Below are positions 15,808-26,132 of a DNA stretch of 32,000 bases, in pieces. The stretch's first letter is position 1, and each line of letters opens with the position of its first letter. The stretch comes from Delftia acidovorans NBRC 14950 (GTDB lineage: Bacteria; Pseudomonadota; Gammaproteobacteria; Burkholderiales; Burkholderiaceae_C). A program made the translations under genes and the position numbers. Under the pieces are notes generated by a model, which had not been told where the DNA came from, did no database searches, and saw nothing but the letters and a program-made list of their open reading frames with translations. The DNA lies in assembly GCF_001598795.1 (NCBI RefSeq), contig NZ_BCZP01000003.1:210001-242000 (forward strand), in the 5' to 3' direction.

Positions 15808-17916
15808 CTAGACCGTCCCGCCGCCTGCCCTGGCGGCGCAGTCCCTGGCGAACTGCGGCAGTTTCTCGCCCGGCAGGGCGCGGCTGAAGTACCAGCCCTG
15901 CACCAGCAGATCGCCCTCGAAGCCCAGGGCCTGCAACTGCGCCTCGGTCTCCACGCCCTCGGCCACCACATTCAGCTGCAGCGCCTCGCAAAAGCGCAGC
16001 AGGCCGTCCAGCACCAGCTCGCCCTTGGCATGGCCGCTGGCCACGACGAAGCTGCGGTCGATCTTGATGGCATCCACATCGAACTGGTGCAGGTAGCTCA
16101 TGGAAGAGAAGCCGGTGCCGAAGTCATCGATGGACACCTTGGCGCCCAGCGCATGGATCTGCCCTATGGCGCGGCGGATCGCCTCCACATCGCCCACCAT
16201 TTCTTCCTCCGTGATCTCCACGCCGACCTGCCCCCTGGCCTGGGCCAGCAGCAGCATCAGGCGCGAGCAGTACTCGGGCGAGGTCAACGTGGCACCCGAC
16301 ACATTGATGCTGATCGGCATGGCAAAGCCCTCCTGGCGCCAGTGCCGGCTCTGGCGCACAGCAGCGCCCGCCACCCACAGGTCCACCTCGCGCATCAGCC
16401 CCGCATCAGCCAGCCAGCGCAGGAAACTGCCGGGCTGCTGCAAGCGGCCCTGCGCGTCCCGCGCGCGCAGCAGGGCCTCGCAGCCCAGGCACAGGCCGCT
16501 GCGGTGCGAGACCTGGGGCTGGAATTCCAGGTGGAACTCGTACTCGCTGATGCGACGGATATGCGCCAGCATGGTCTCGCGCCGGGCCTGCGCCTGGTGC
16601 GCCTGCACCAGCGGATCGCGCACGATCAGCCCGGCCTCTTCGGGCAGGCGCGAGAACGTGGTGTCCAGCGCGTGCAGCACGATGGCACCGTCGTCCTGGC
16701 CCAGCCGGTCGATGGCCCGCACGTAGGGCGCATAGATCAGCGCTCCCAGGGCCGTCAATGCCAGTTGCAGCACCACGGCCGCCATGTCCCCGCCCGTGCT
16801 CACATAGGCATTGAAGACCACGGGCGCAGTCAGCGGCAGCACCATGGAGGCCGGTGCCACCCAGCCTGCCTGCACCACCGTGACGGCCACGACCAGGTTG
16901 ATGGCGGGTACCGCGAGAAACGGCACGAGCAGGCGCAGGTTCAGGATGATCGGCAGCCCGAACAGCAGGATCTCGTTGACGTTGAGCAAGGAGATGGGCA
17001 GCGCCGCCAGCGCCAGCACGCGCAGGCCCCGCCCCCGGCAAAACAGCAGCACGGCCAGCGCCAGCGACAGCGTTGCACCGGAGCCGCCGATGAAGACGAA
17101 GGAGCCCATCAGCCCGCCGCTGAGCGCCCAGGGCGCCTGCAGCCCCTGCGCCATCGCGGCGGCATTGGCCACCACCGCCTGGTCCAGCACCTGGAAGAAG
17201 GGTTGCATGGCGTAGTACCCCTGGACGCCGAAGAACCAGAGCACGGAATTGAGCAGTGCCAGCGTCAGCCCGCTGCGGTAGGGGGTCTCTGGGCCCGCGA
17301 TGGCCAGCGGCAGTTCGGCCCGCGTGAGATCCGGCAGCACCTGTTGCAGGCCCAGCAGCAGCAGCACGAGCAGCACGGCAACAAGGGCGCCGGGAACGAC
17401 GAGGTTCATGACCTCGCGCACGTTCTCGCTCACGAAGCCGGTGCGCGCGATGCGCGTCCAGCGCAGCCGGCTCAGGCGCGCCATCAGGGGCACAGTGATC
17501 AGGGGGGAGGCGATGGAGATGAACAGCACCAGGGTGGCCGCCGCGCGCGGATGCTCGCTCAGCAGATAAATGGCCATCTGCACATGCGCGAAGCACAGAA
17601 AGGTCACCGGCAGGCGCGGCAGCCGGTGGCGTATGGAGAGCATGTAGCCGATGGACGCGGCCACCAGCAGCGGCAGGATGCTGCCGATCTCCGCGTGCAG
17701 GCCCGCAAGCACCCGCACCACGGGTTCGGGCTGGCCGGACATCTGCGCCAGCGCCGACAGGATGAGGAACAGGGCCGAGACCAGCAGACAGGGAACCAGC
17801 CAGAGCAGGCCCTCGCGTATGGCCCGCATGGAGTTGGCGCCGGCCAGCCTGGCCAGGCGCTGTGTCAGGAACAGTTGCACGTCCGGAAAGCCGGCCCGTG
17901 ACCTCTTGTTGCCCAT
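15808..17916 (-). CDS. Membrane protein with N-terminal PTS EIIC-like (lactose/cellobiose type) domain fused to a C-terminal EAL c-di-GMP phosphodiesterase domain
   Basis: N-terminal ~430 aa are polytopic, with EIIC type-3-like blocks WFFGVQGYY, FIGGSGATL and NVNEILLFGLPIILN (compare ChbC FFGIHG / GGSGATL / NEPxxFGLPIV.NP). The C-terminal part carries the complete EAL catalytic set: EALLR, ISINVS, VEITEE, IDDFGTGFSSMSYL, IKIDRSF, AEGVET, QGWYFSRA. Start taken at the ATG at 17916; the track ORF starts at 17970. Confidence 0.85.
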   Translation of the reverse strand: MGNKRSRAGFPDVQLFLTQRLARLAGANSMRAIREGLLWLVPCLLVSALFLILSALAQMSGQPEPVVRVLAGLHAEIGSILPLLVAASIGYMLSIRHRLPRLPVTFLCFAHVQMAIYLLSEHPRAAATLVLFISIASPLITVPLMARLSRLRWTRIARTGFVSENVREVMNLVVPGALVAVLLVLLLLGLQQVLPDLTRAELPLAIAGPETPYRSGLTLALLNSVLWFFGVQGYYAMQPFFQVLDQAVVANAAAMAQGLQAPWALSGGLMGSFVFIGGSGATLSLALAVLLFCRGRGLRVLALAALPISLLNVNEILLFGLPIILNLRLLVPFLAVPAINLVVAVTVVQAGWVAPASMVLPLTAPVVFNAYVSTGGDMAAVVLQLALTALGALIYAPYVRAIDRLGQDDGAIVLHALDTTFSRLPEEAGLIVRDPLVQAHQAQARRETMLAHIRRISEYEFHLEFQPQVSHRSGLCLGCEALLRARDAQGRLQQPGSFLRWLADAGLMREVDLWVAGAAVRQSRHWRQEGFAMPISINVSGATLTSPEYCSRLMLLLAQARGQVGVEITEEEMVGDVEAIRRAIGQIHALGAKVSIDDFGTGFSSMSYLHQFDVDAIKIDRSFVVASGHAKGELVLDGLLRFCEALQLNVVAEGVETEAQLQALGFEGDLLVQGWYFSRALPGEKLPQFARDCAARAGGGTV

Positions 17917-18018
17917 GGCTCCCACCCTTTTCTTCCCGGCAGAAGTCAGGCGCTCCTGTCCGGAGCACATCGTACAACGCCGGCCGCAAAGGGCTGTTGC
18001 GGCCTCCAGAGAGCAGGA

Positions 18019-20868
18019 TCAGCCCGTGTTGCGCACCCCGGCCGCGATGCCGTTGATGGACAGGTGGATGCCGGTCTTGATGCGCTCATCGGTCTGGCCT
18101 GCGCGCCAGCGCCGTACCAGCTCCACCTGCAGATGGTGCAGCGGATCGATGTAGGGGAAGCGATGGCGTATGGAGCGCGCCAGCGCTTCGTTGTGGGCCA
18201 GGCGCTGCTTGTCGCCCGTGATGCGCGCCAGCGCATCGACGGTGCTGTGCCACTCGGCCTCGATGGCGCTGAAGATACGGCGGCGCAGGCGCGCGTCCGG
18301 CACCAGGTCGGCATAGCGCGAGGCCAGGTTCAGGTCGCTCTTGGCCAGCACCATGTCCATGTTGGACAGCAGGGTACGGAAGAACGGCCACTGGCGGTAC
18401 ATCTTCTGCAGCAGGGCCAGCTGGGCCTTGCCATCCTTGCCAGGCTGGTCGATGAAGGCCTTGACCGCGGCGCCAAAGCCGTACCAGCCCGGCAGCGTGA
18501 GCCGGCACTGGCCCCAGCTGAAGCCCCAGGGAATGGCGCGCAGGTCCTCGATCTTCTGCGAGGGCTTGCGCGAGGCCGGGCGCGAGCCGATGTTCAGCTC
18601 GGCAATCTCGCGGATGGGCGTGCTGCTGAAGAAGTAGCTGGTGAAGCCGGGGGTCTCGTACACCAGGGCGCGGTAGGCGCCCATGCTGGCGTCGGACAGG
18701 AAGGCCGCCGCATCCAGGAAGGCGCGCGTGGCCGGCTTGGTCGGCTGCAGCAGCGTGGCCTCCAGCGTGGCGGCCACCAGGGTCTCCAGGTTGCGCCGGC
18801 CGATCTCGGGGTTGGCGTACTTGGAGGCGATCACCTCGCCCTGCTCGGTCAGCCGGATCTGGCCGCGCACCGTGCCCGGGGGCTGGGCCAGGATGGCCTG
18901 GTAGCTGGGGCCGCCGCCCCGGCCCACGGTGCCGCCGCGGCCATGGAACATGCGCAGGCTGATGCCATGGCTGTCGGCCAGCTCGTCGAACAGCTCGACC
19001 AGCGAGATCTCGGCGCGGTACAGCTCCCAGTTGCTGGTGAAGATGCCGCCGTCCTTGTTGCTGTCGCTGTAGCCCAGCATGATGTCCTGCTCGCCGCCGC
19101 TGCGCTGCACCATGGCCGCCACGCCGGGCAGCTGGAAGTAGCGGCGCATGATGGGCGAGGCGCTTCGCAGGTCGCCAATGGTCTCGAACAGCGGCACGAC
19201 GATCACATCGCAGATGGCGCCGTCGTCCAGCGTGCCGCGCAGCAGCCCGGCCTCCTTTTGCAGCAGCAGCACCTCCAGCAGGTCGCTGACCGATTCGGTG
19301 TGGCTGATGATGCAGTGGCGTATGGCCTCGGCGCCCAGGGCCGCGCGCAGGCGGCGCGCGGTCTCGAAGATGGCCAGTTCGCCGCGCGCATGCTCGGAAT
19401 AGTCGGCGCCCACCACGCGCAGCGGCCGCGCCTCTTCCAGCAGGCGCACCAGCAAGGCGCACTTGGCGTCTTCCTGCAGGCCCGAGTAGTCGGGCTCCAG
19501 GCGCGCGGCAGCCAGCAGCTCGGCCACCACTTCCTCATGCTTGTCCGAGCTTTGGCGCAGGTCCACCGTGGCCAGGTGGAAACCGAAGACCTGCACGGCG
19601 CGCATCAGCGGGCGCAGACGCTGGGGTGCCAGCACCTCGCCGTGGTTGCGGCTCAGGGAATCATCGATGACGCGCAGGTCGGCCAGGAATTCCTCGGGCG
19701 AGGCATAGGCGTTCTGCGGCGCCACGGCATGGCGCGCAGCCTCGCCGCCCGTCAGCCCCTTGAGCGTGGCCGCCAGGCGCGCGTAGATGCCGGTGAGCGC
19801 GCGGCGGTAGGGCTCGTCGGAGCGGTGCTCGTTGGTGTCGGGCGAGCGCTCTGCCAGGGCCTGCATCTCGGTGGACACATCGGTCAGGCGCTGGGACAGC
19901 GACAGCTCGCCGCCCAGGTAGTGCACCTCACGAAGATAGTGGCGCAGCGCCACGTCGGCCTGGCGCGACAGCGCCAGCTCAAGGCTCTGGGCCGTGACAT
20001 TGGGGTTGCCGTCACGGTCGCCGCCGATCCAGTGGCCCATGCGCAGGAAGCTGTGCACGGGCAGGGTGTTGCCCAGCTCCTGCTCCAGCTGCGCATACAG
20101 CTTGGGGATCTCGCGCAGGAAGGTGGCTTCGTAGTAGGACAGCGCGTTTTCGATCTCGTCGGCCACGGTGAGCTTGGAGTAGCGCAGCAGGCGTGTCTGC
20201 CACAGCTGGCTGACGCGGGCACGCAGCTGGGCCTCGTTGCGCTCCAGTTCACGCGGGGTGAGCGCGTCCTTGGCGCTGTTGTACAGCTGGGCGCGGGCCA
20301 CGATGTCCTCGCGTGCGGCCAGCAGTTGGGAGATGTCGCGCTCGGCCACCAGAATGCTCTGGCGCTGCACTTCCGTGGGGTGGGCCGTGAGCACGGGTGC
20401 CACATAGCTCTTGGCCAGCGTCTGCGCCACGGTGCCGGCCGAGATGCCGGCCCAGCGCAGGCGCGCCAGCGCCACTTCGATGCTGCCTTCCTGGGTGTTG
20501 CCCGCGCGCTCGTGCACGGCGCGGCGGCGGATGTGGTGGCGATCCTCGGCGAGGTTGGCCAGATGGCTGAAATAGGTGAAGGCGCGGATCACGCTCACCG
20601 TCTGGTCCGTCGTCAGGCCCTTGAGCAGACGCTTGAGCGCGCGGTCGGCGGTCTCGTCGGCATCGCGGCGGAAGGTCACCGACAGCTGGCGCACCTGCTC
20701 GATCAGCTCGAAGGCCGCCACGCCTTCCTGCTCGCGGATCACATCGCCCAGAATGCGCCCCAGCAGGCGTATGTCCTCGATCAGCGGCAGGTCCTTGTCC
20801 GTCTTGCGGACAGGCTTGTCATCACGCCTGTCATCTCGCGCATTGCTCTTGCGGGGGGCGGTGGCCAT
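18019..20868 (-). CDS. ppc: Phosphoenolpyruvate carboxylase
   Basis: 949 aa. PEPC signatures [32 protein letters not shown] and C-terminal ...[12 protein letters not shown] at 20868 has AGGAG 8 nt upstream (the track start at 20871 is a TTG). Confidence 0.97.
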   Translation of the reverse strand: MATAPRKSNARDDRRDDKPVRKTDKDLPLIEDIRLLGRILGDVIREQEGVAAFELIEQVRQLSVTFRRDADETADRALKRLLKGLTTDQTVSVIRAFTYFSHLANLAEDRHHIRRRAVHERAGNTQEGSIEVALARLRWAGISAGTVAQTLAKSYVAPVLTAHPTEVQRQSILVAERDISQLLAAREDIVARAQLYNSAKDALTPRELERNEAQLRARVSQLWQTRLLRYSKLTVADEIENALSYYEATFLREIPKLYAQLEQELGNTLPVHSFLRMGHWIGGDRDGNPNVTAQSLELALSRQADVALRHYLREVHYLGGELSLSQRLTDVSTEMQALAERSPDTNEHRSDEPYRRALTGIYARLAATLKGLTGGEAARHAVAPQNAYASPEEFLADLRVIDDSLSRNHGEVLAPQRLRPLMRAVQVFGFHLATVDLRQSSDKHEEVVAELLAAARLEPDYSGLQEDAKCALLVRLLEEARPLRVVGADYSEHARGELAIFETARRLRAALGAEAIRHCIISHTESVSDLLEVLLLQKEAGLLRGTLDDGAICDVIVVPLFETIGDLRSASPIMRRYFQLPGVAAMVQRSGGEQDIMLGYSDSNKDGGIFTSNWELYRAEISLVELFDELADSHGISLRMFHGRGGTVGRGGGPSYQAILAQPPGTVRGQIRLTEQGEVIASKYANPEIGRRNLETLVAATLEATLLQPTKPATRAFLDAAAFLSDASMGAYRALVYETPGFTSYFFSSTPIREIAELNIGSRPASRKPSQKIEDLRAIPWGFSWGQCRLTLPGWYGFGAAVKAFIDQPGKDGKAQLALLQKMYRQWPFFRTLLSNMDMVLAKSDLNLASRYADLVPDARLRRRIFSAIEAEWHSTVDALARITGDKQRLAHNEALARSIRHRFPYIDPLHHLQVELVRRWRAGQTDERIKTGIHLSINGIAAGVRNTG

Positions 20869-20980
20869 CAACGAATCTCCTGGAATCGGTCAGCGTATCG
20901 GTTTGCTTGGGCTTCGGTCCTGGTGCCGGGTTTACTGCGGCGCAGCATGCTAGCATCCCGCGCTCCCCCCGAGGCACCTG

Positions 20981-21919
20981 ATGAACACCAAACCACTTCT
21001 CCCCCACTCCATCGTGATCGCCACGCGCGAGAGCCAGCTGGCACTGTGGCAGGCCGAGCATGTCCAGGCGCTGCTGCGCGCCCGGGGGCATGAAGTGGAA
21101 TTGCTGGGTATGACCACCAAGGGCGACCAGATCCTGGACCGCACGCTGTCCAAGGTGGGCGGCAAGGGCCTGTTCGTCAAGGAGCTGGAAGTGGCGCTGG
21201 AAGAAGGGCGCGCCCACATCGCCGTGCACTCGCTCAAGGACGTGCCCATGGAGCTGCCCGAAGGCTTTGTGCTGGCCTGCGTGATGGAGCGCGAAGACCC
21301 GCGCGACGCTTTTGTCTCCAATCGCTACGCCACGCTGGCCGAGCTGCCGCAGGGCGCCGTCGTCGGCACATCGAGCCTGCGCCGCCAGGCACTGCTGCAG
21401 GCCCTGCGCCCCGACCTGAAGATAGAGCCGCTGCGCGGCAACGTGAACACCCGCCTGCGCAAGCTGGACGAAGGCCACTACGACGCCATCGTGCTGGCCG
21501 CCGCAGGCCTGATGCGCCTGGGCCTGGCCGACCGCATCCGCGCCAGGTTCGAGCCCACCGGCATGCTGCCGGCCGCAGGCCAGGGCGCGCTGGGCATCGA
21601 GGTGCGCGCCGACCGCCAGGACCTGATCGACGCGCTGGCCCCGCTGGCCCACCAGACCACCTGGCTGACCGTGACCGCCGAGCGCGCCGTCAGCCGCTGC
21701 ATGGGCGGCAGCTGCTCCATGCCGCTGGCGGCGCACGGCACATTCGACGGCCAGCAACTGCGCCTGGACGCAGCCTGGGGAGACCCGGAAGGCCGGCTGC
21801 CGCTGGTGCAGGTGCACGCCGACGCCACCGTCACCGACTTCGCCAGCGCCGACGCGCTGGGCCAGCACGTGGCTGCGCTGCTGCAGGCGGCGGGCGCCCA
21901 ACCGGCCCCCAAGCTCTAG
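20981..21919 (+). CDS. hemC: Hydroxymethylbilane synthase (porphobilinogen deaminase)
   Basis: [49 protein letters not shown] and RGNVNTRL are typical HemC blocks. Confidence 0.96.
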   Translation: MNTKPLLPHSIVIATRESQLALWQAEHVQALLRARGHEVELLGMTTKGDQILDRTLSKVGGKGLFVKELEVALEEGRAHIAVHSLKDVPMELPEGFVLACVMEREDPRDAFVSNRYATLAELPQGAVVGTSSLRRQALLQALRPDLKIEPLRGNVNTRLRKLDEGHYDAIVLAAAGLMRLGLADRIRARFEPTGMLPAAGQGALGIEVRADRQDLIDALAPLAHQTTWLTVTAERAVSRCMGGSCSMPLAAHGTFDGQQLRLDAAWGDPEGRLPLVQVHADATVTDFASADALGQHVAALLQAAGAQPAPKL

Positions 21920-21932
21920 ACGGCACGCCCAC

Positions 21933-22742
21933 ATGCCACCGCGCATACTCGTCACCCGCCCGGCCCATGACGCAGCCGCGTGGGTGGATGCGCTGCAGGC
22001 TCGTGGCCTGCCGGCCCAGCCGCTGGCGCTGATGGCCATAGGCCCCTGCCGCGATGCGACCACGCAACAGGCCTTGCAGGCCGCCCGCAACGCGCTGCGC
22101 GAAGGCCGGGGCTACCGCGCCGTGATGTTCGTCAGCGGCAATGCCGTCCAGCATTTCTTCGGCACCGACCCCGCACAGCTTCCGGCCTCCACCCGCGCCT
22201 GGACGCCCGGCCCCGGCACCGCCCAGGCGCTGCTGGCCCTGGGCATTGCGCCAGCACAGATCGACGGCCCGCCACCGGACGCCGCCCAGTTCGAATCCGA
22301 AACGCTATGGCAGCGCGTGCATGACCAGATCCATGCGGGCGACCGCGTGCTCATCGTGCGCGGCGACAGCCAGGCAGGAGCGCCCAGGACCGTGCCGGCC
22401 ACGGCAGGCGCCGGCCGCGATTGGCTGGCCGCCCGACTGCGCGAGGCAGGTGCCCAGGTCGAAATGCTGGCCGTCTACCAGCGCGAACTGCCTGCCTGGG
22501 ATGCAGCCCAGACGGCACTGGCACGCCTGGCGGCCGAAGATGGCTCGCTCTGGCTGCTCAGCAGCGCCGAATCCGTTGCCAACCTGCAACAGCTCTTGCC
22601 CGGCCAATCGTGGCAAAAGGCGCGAGCGCTTGCTACGCACGAGCGAATCGCCGCCCAGGCCAGACAACTGGGATTCGGATATGTCAAGCAATGTCGGCCG
22701 GCTCTGGAGGACGTGGTTGCGTCGATAGAATCGACGCCATGA
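21933..22742 (+). CDS. hemD: Uroporphyrinogen-III synthase
   Basis: 269 aa, position in a hemC-D-X-Y cluster. ILVTRP start and ...FVSGNAV.HFF block typical of the HemD family, which is generally weakly conserved. Confidence 0.85.
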   Translation: MPPRILVTRPAHDAAAWVDALQARGLPAQPLALMAIGPCRDATTQQALQAARNALREGRGYRAVMFVSGNAVQHFFGTDPAQLPASTRAWTPGPGTAQALLALGIAPAQIDGPPPDAAQFESETLWQRVHDQIHAGDRVLIVRGDSQAGAPRTVPATAGAGRDWLAARLREAGAQVEMLAVYQRELPAWDAAQTALARLAAEDGSLWLLSSAESVANLQQLLPGQSWQKARALATHERIAAQARQLGFGYVKQCRPALEDVVASIESTP

Positions 22743-23881
22743 GTTCCGACGCAGCGCAAGACCGCCCCACCCCGCAGGACCTGACGCCACCAGCCTCCGC
22801 CGCAGCATTCGCTGCCGGCTCCGCCCAAAGCAGCCCCGCTGCAGACCTGCGCAGCGGCTCCTCTGCCCTGGTCCTGGGCGTGGGCGCCGTGGCCGTGGCG
22901 GCGCTCATTGCCTGCGGCATGCTCTGGCAGCGCCTGGGCAATATCCAGGAACAATTGGCCCGCCAGTCCGCGCAGTCCGGCTCCCAGTCGGTCGAGGCCC
23001 GCACCCTGGCGCGCGACGCCCAGGACCTGGCCCGCGACAGCGCGGCGCGCACCTCGGTCATGGAAGCGCGCATTGCCGAGCTGTCGCTGCAGCGCACGCA
23101 GCTCGACGAACTCCTGCAAAGCATGTCGCGCTCGCGCGACGAGAACCTGGTGGTGGACATAGATTCCTCCATCCGCCTGGCCCAGCAGCAGGCCGAGCTG
23201 TCCGGCAGCCTGCAGCCGCTGGTGGCCACGCTCAAGAACGCCCGCCAGCGCATAGAGCGCGCCGCACAGCCCCGTCTGGCTCCCGTGATGCGGGCGCTGG
23301 ACCGCGACCTGGAGCGGCTGGCCCGCATGAGCGTGACCGACACCGCCGGCCTGCTCACCCGCATCGAGGACCTGGTGCGCCTGGTCGACGAGATGCCCCT
23401 GCTCAACGCCGTGGCCCAGCCACGCGCCAGCCGCCATCGCGGCGTGGCCGGCCAGGCGGCCCGCCAGCCCGAGCCCGCCCCCATCGAGGGCAGCCCCACC
23501 GAGTGGAGCTGGTGGCAGTCCTGGGGTGAGCGCGGCTGGACGGCCGTGCGCGAAGAGGCCCAGGACCTGCTGCGCGTCAGCCGCATCGACCACCCGGACG
23601 CCATCTTGCTGGCGCCCGAGCAGGCCTATTTCCTGCGCGAGAACCTCAAGCTCAAGCTGCTGAACTCGCGCCTGGCCCTGCTGTCGCGCCAGTGGGATGC
23701 GGCGCGTGCCGACTTGGCCGCCTCGGGCATGGCCGTGAACAAATACTTCGATCCTGCCGCGCGCCGCACCCAGATCGTGCAGGCCCAGCTGCAGCAGATC
23801 CAGGCCAATCTGCGCACCACCGAACAGCCGGCGCTGCAGGAAACCCTGGCGGCGCTGGCAACAGCCGCCGCAGGCCGCTGA
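22739..23881 (+). CDS. hemX: HemX-family membrane protein (often annotated as uroporphyrinogen-III C-methyltransferase)
   Basis: ATG overlaps the hemD stop (ATGA at 22739-22742). Low-complexity N-terminus, one TM helix (ALVLGVGAVAVAALIACGMLW), then a coiled-coil-rich periplasmic domain, as in HemX. The track ORF extends spuriously upstream to 22421. Confidence 0.8.
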   Translation: MSSDAAQDRPTPQDLTPPASAAAFAAGSAQSSPAADLRSGSSALVLGVGAVAVAALIACGMLWQRLGNIQEQLARQSAQSGSQSVEARTLARDAQDLARDSAARTSVMEARIAELSLQRTQLDELLQSMSRSRDENLVVDIDSSIRLAQQQAELSGSLQPLVATLKNARQRIERAAQPRLAPVMRALDRDLERLARMSVTDTAGLLTRIEDLVRLVDEMPLLNAVAQPRASRHRGVAGQAARQPEPAPIEGSPTEWSWWQSWGERGWTAVREEAQDLLRVSRIDHPDAILLAPEQAYFLRENLKLKLLNSRLALLSRQWDAARADLAASGMAVNKYFDPAARRTQIVQAQLQQIQANLRTTEQPALQETLAALATAAAGR

Positions 23882-23900
23882 GCAGCCGGGAGACAGACGA

Positions 23901-25208
23901 ATGCGCGCTGCACTGTGGTTGATCGGTTTGTTCGGCATGGCCGTTGCGGCCGCCTTGTTCGCGGGCTCCAACCAGGGCACGGTGACCCTGTTCTGGGCGC
24001 CCTACCGGCTGGACCTGTCCCTGAACCTGGCCATTGCCATCATCGTGCTGGCCTTCGTGCTGCTGTATGCCGCGCTGCGCGCCCTGGCTGCGCTGCTGCA
24101 GATGCCGCACCAGGCACGGCGCTGGCGCAGCCAGCAAAAAGAGCGCGCCATGCACCACAGCCTGCTGGAAGCCCTGTCGCACCAGCAGGCCGGCCGCTTC
24201 CTGCGCGCACGCAAGTCGGCACTGGCCGCGCTGGCGATGGAGGAGTCCCTGGCCGAGGCACATGCCGCCGTGCCACACGGCACGCGGCTGCGTGCAGCCG
24301 CCCACATGGTGGCCGCCGATGCCTCCCACGCCCTGCAGGACAGCCCGCAGCGCGACCACCACTGGCGCGAAGTCCTGGCCAATGCACCGGCCCAGGGCAA
24401 TGCCCAGGAGCAGGAAATGCGCGAAGGCGCCCAGATGCGCGCCGCGCGCTGGGCCCTGGACGACCGCGACGCAGTTGACGCGCTGCGCCGCCTGGCCGAA
24501 CTGCCCCAGGGCGCGGCACGCCGCACGATCGCGCTGCGCATCCGCCTGAAGGCCTCGCGCCTGGCCGGCCAGACATCGACGGCGCTGGACACGGCGCGCC
24601 TGCTGGCCAAGCACCGCGCCTTCTCGCCAGCGGCCGCCGCCAGCGTGGTGCGCGGCCTGGTGCTGGAGAGCATCAACGAGGCACGCGACACCACGCAGCT
24701 GCAGCACTTCTGGCTGTCGCTGGACGGTGAGGAACGTGCCATGCCCGAGATCGCGCTGCCGGCCGCATCGCGCCTCATGGCCCTGGGCGGCGAGGCCGCG
24801 CAGGCCCGCGCCTGGCTGCTGCCCGTGTGGGAACGCCTGCTGTCCCATGCCGGCCCGCGCAGCGAATCGCATCTGCCGCGCCTGGTCCAGGTGCTGGAGC
24901 CCTGCCTGGACGGCCTGGACGGCAGCTGGCTGGCACGCATCGAGGCGGCCACCAACAGCCATCCGCGCGAACCCCGCCTGCAATACCTGGCCGGCATGGC
25001 CTGCGTGCAGCGCCAGCTCTGGGGCAAGGCCCAGCAACTGCTGCTGCGCGCTGCGCCCCATCTGCAGGAAAGCGCACTGCGCACCCGTGCCTGGCAGCGC
25101 CTGGCCCTGATGGCCGAGCACCGGGGCGATGCCGACGCAGCCGCCGCCGCCTGGAAGCAGGCGGCGCAGGCCGTGGTCATGCTGCCCGCCGATCCCGCCC
25201 GGCCCTGA
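23901..25208 (+). CDS. hemY: HemY-family protein (heme biosynthesis-associated, N-terminal TM helices plus TPR-like C-terminal part)
   Basis: MRAALWLIGLFGMAVAAALFA... with two N-terminal TM helices and a helical repeat C-terminus. GGGAGA lies 7 nt upstream. Conserved position after hemX. Confidence 0.8.
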   Translation: MRAALWLIGLFGMAVAAALFAGSNQGTVTLFWAPYRLDLSLNLAIAIIVLAFVLLYAALRALAALLQMPHQARRWRSQQKERAMHHSLLEALSHQQAGRFLRARKSALAALAMEESLAEAHAAVPHGTRLRAAAHMVAADASHALQDSPQRDHHWREVLANAPAQGNAQEQEMREGAQMRAARWALDDRDAVDALRRLAELPQGAARRTIALRIRLKASRLAGQTSTALDTARLLAKHRAFSPAAAASVVRGLVLESINEARDTTQLQHFWLSLDGEERAMPEIALPAASRLMALGGEAAQARAWLLPVWERLLSHAGPRSESHLPRLVQVLEPCLDGLDGSWLARIEAATNSHPREPRLQYLAGMACVQRQLWGKAQQLLLRAAPHLQESALRTRAWQRLALMAEHRGDADAAAAAWKQAAQAVVMLPADPARP

Positions 25209-25436
25209 ACTCCTGCAGCCCGCGCGTAACGCGGGTACTGCGGGTACCACCGGTGCTGCGGCCTTCATCTTTTTTGAATTGAGCCGTCAATACCGCTGAA
25301 CTCTTTTGGATTTGCCGCTTCCTACACTGCACGTTGTCCGCAGTGCACGAAGTTCTCGCAGAGCGCACCGCACCCTTTTTGCCATCCAGGGCCCCTTCAC
25401 AGGGGCCCTGAACGGTTCCAAAGCCTGCCGCCATCC

Positions 25437-26030
25437 ATGACAGAGTCCTCAGCCCGCGCCAACGCGCCAGCAAAATCCTCCTTCAGAGCCACGCGCTATA
25501 CCGGCGTGGCCATGGCCGCCCACTGGGTGCTGGCCCTGGGCCTGATCGCCGCCCTGGGCCTGGGCTGGTACATGACCGGCCTGCCGTTCTCCCCTTCGCG
25601 CCTGAAGCTGTACAACTGGCACAAGTGGCTGGGCGTCACGCTTTTGTCGCTGAGCCTGCTGCGCCTGCTCTGGCGCGTCACCCACCGCCCGCCCGAGCTG
25701 CCGCCCGCCGTGGCCCGTGCCATGCCGCAATGGCAGCACTGGGCCCACAACGGCACCCACCACGCCATGTACCTGCTGTTCTTCGCCGTGCCCCTGCTGG
25801 GCTGGGCCTACAGCTCGGCGGCCGGCTTTCCCATCGTCTTCCTCGGCATGCTGCCCCTGCCTGACTTCGTGAGCGCCAGCCCCGAACTGGCGGAAACCCT
25901 CAAGCCCCTGCACGGCTGGGCGGCCTGGGCCCTGGTCGTGCTGATTGCCATGCATGTGGGCGCCGCCCTCAAGCACCAATTCATCGACCGCGACGGCCTG
26001 ATCTCCCGCATGCTGCCGGGCCGCGCCTGA
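25437..26030 (+). CDS. Cytochrome b561 family protein (CybB/YceJ type)
   Basis: 197 aa, 4 TM helices. Heme-ligand histidines in HWVLA, WHKWLG, HHAMYLLFF and MHVGAALKH contexts. Confidence 0.9.
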   Translation: MTESSARANAPAKSSFRATRYTGVAMAAHWVLALGLIAALGLGWYMTGLPFSPSRLKLYNWHKWLGVTLLSLSLLRLLWRVTHRPPELPPAVARAMPQWQHWAHNGTHHAMYLLFFAVPLLGWAYSSAAGFPIVFLGMLPLPDFVSASPELAETLKPLHGWAAWALVVLIAMHVGAALKHQFIDRDGLISRMLPGRA

Positions 26031-26063
26031 ACCTTTCGCCAACCTTTCGCCAACCTCTCGCCA
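26031..26063. repeat. Three tandem 11-bp repeats directly after the cytochrome b561 stop codon
   Basis: ACCTTTCGCCA ACCTTTCGCCA ACCTCTCGCCA, followed by the hairpin GGGCCGG-TGTCCAT-CCGGCCC (26068-26088). Confidence 0.7.
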
Positions 26064-26132
26064 GCCAGGGCCGGTGTCCATCCGGCCCCAGCAACCCCTG
26101 ACCGGATTTTCCCGACCCCTAGGAGTTTCGCC

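Noticed and set aside
15784-17901. 705-aa plus-strand ORF.
   Set aside because: Antisense to the EIIC-EAL gene. His/Gln/Arg/Gly-rich nonsense composition.
18064-21093. 1009-aa plus-strand ORF.
   Set aside because: Entirely antisense to ppc, which is unambiguous. The translation is Ala/Gly/Arg/Gln-rich with no recognisable domain, a typical high-GC antisense artefact.
25215-25410. Hairpins after hemY: GCAGCCCGCG-CGTAA-CGCGGGTACTGC at 25215-25241 and CAGGGCCCCT-TCAC-AGGGGCCCTG at 25387-25410, considered as terminators or an sRNA.
   Set aside because: Neither is followed by a U-tract on either strand; the only T-run (25270-25275) is about 30 nt from the first hairpin. They may be real RNA structures, but I cannot assign a function.
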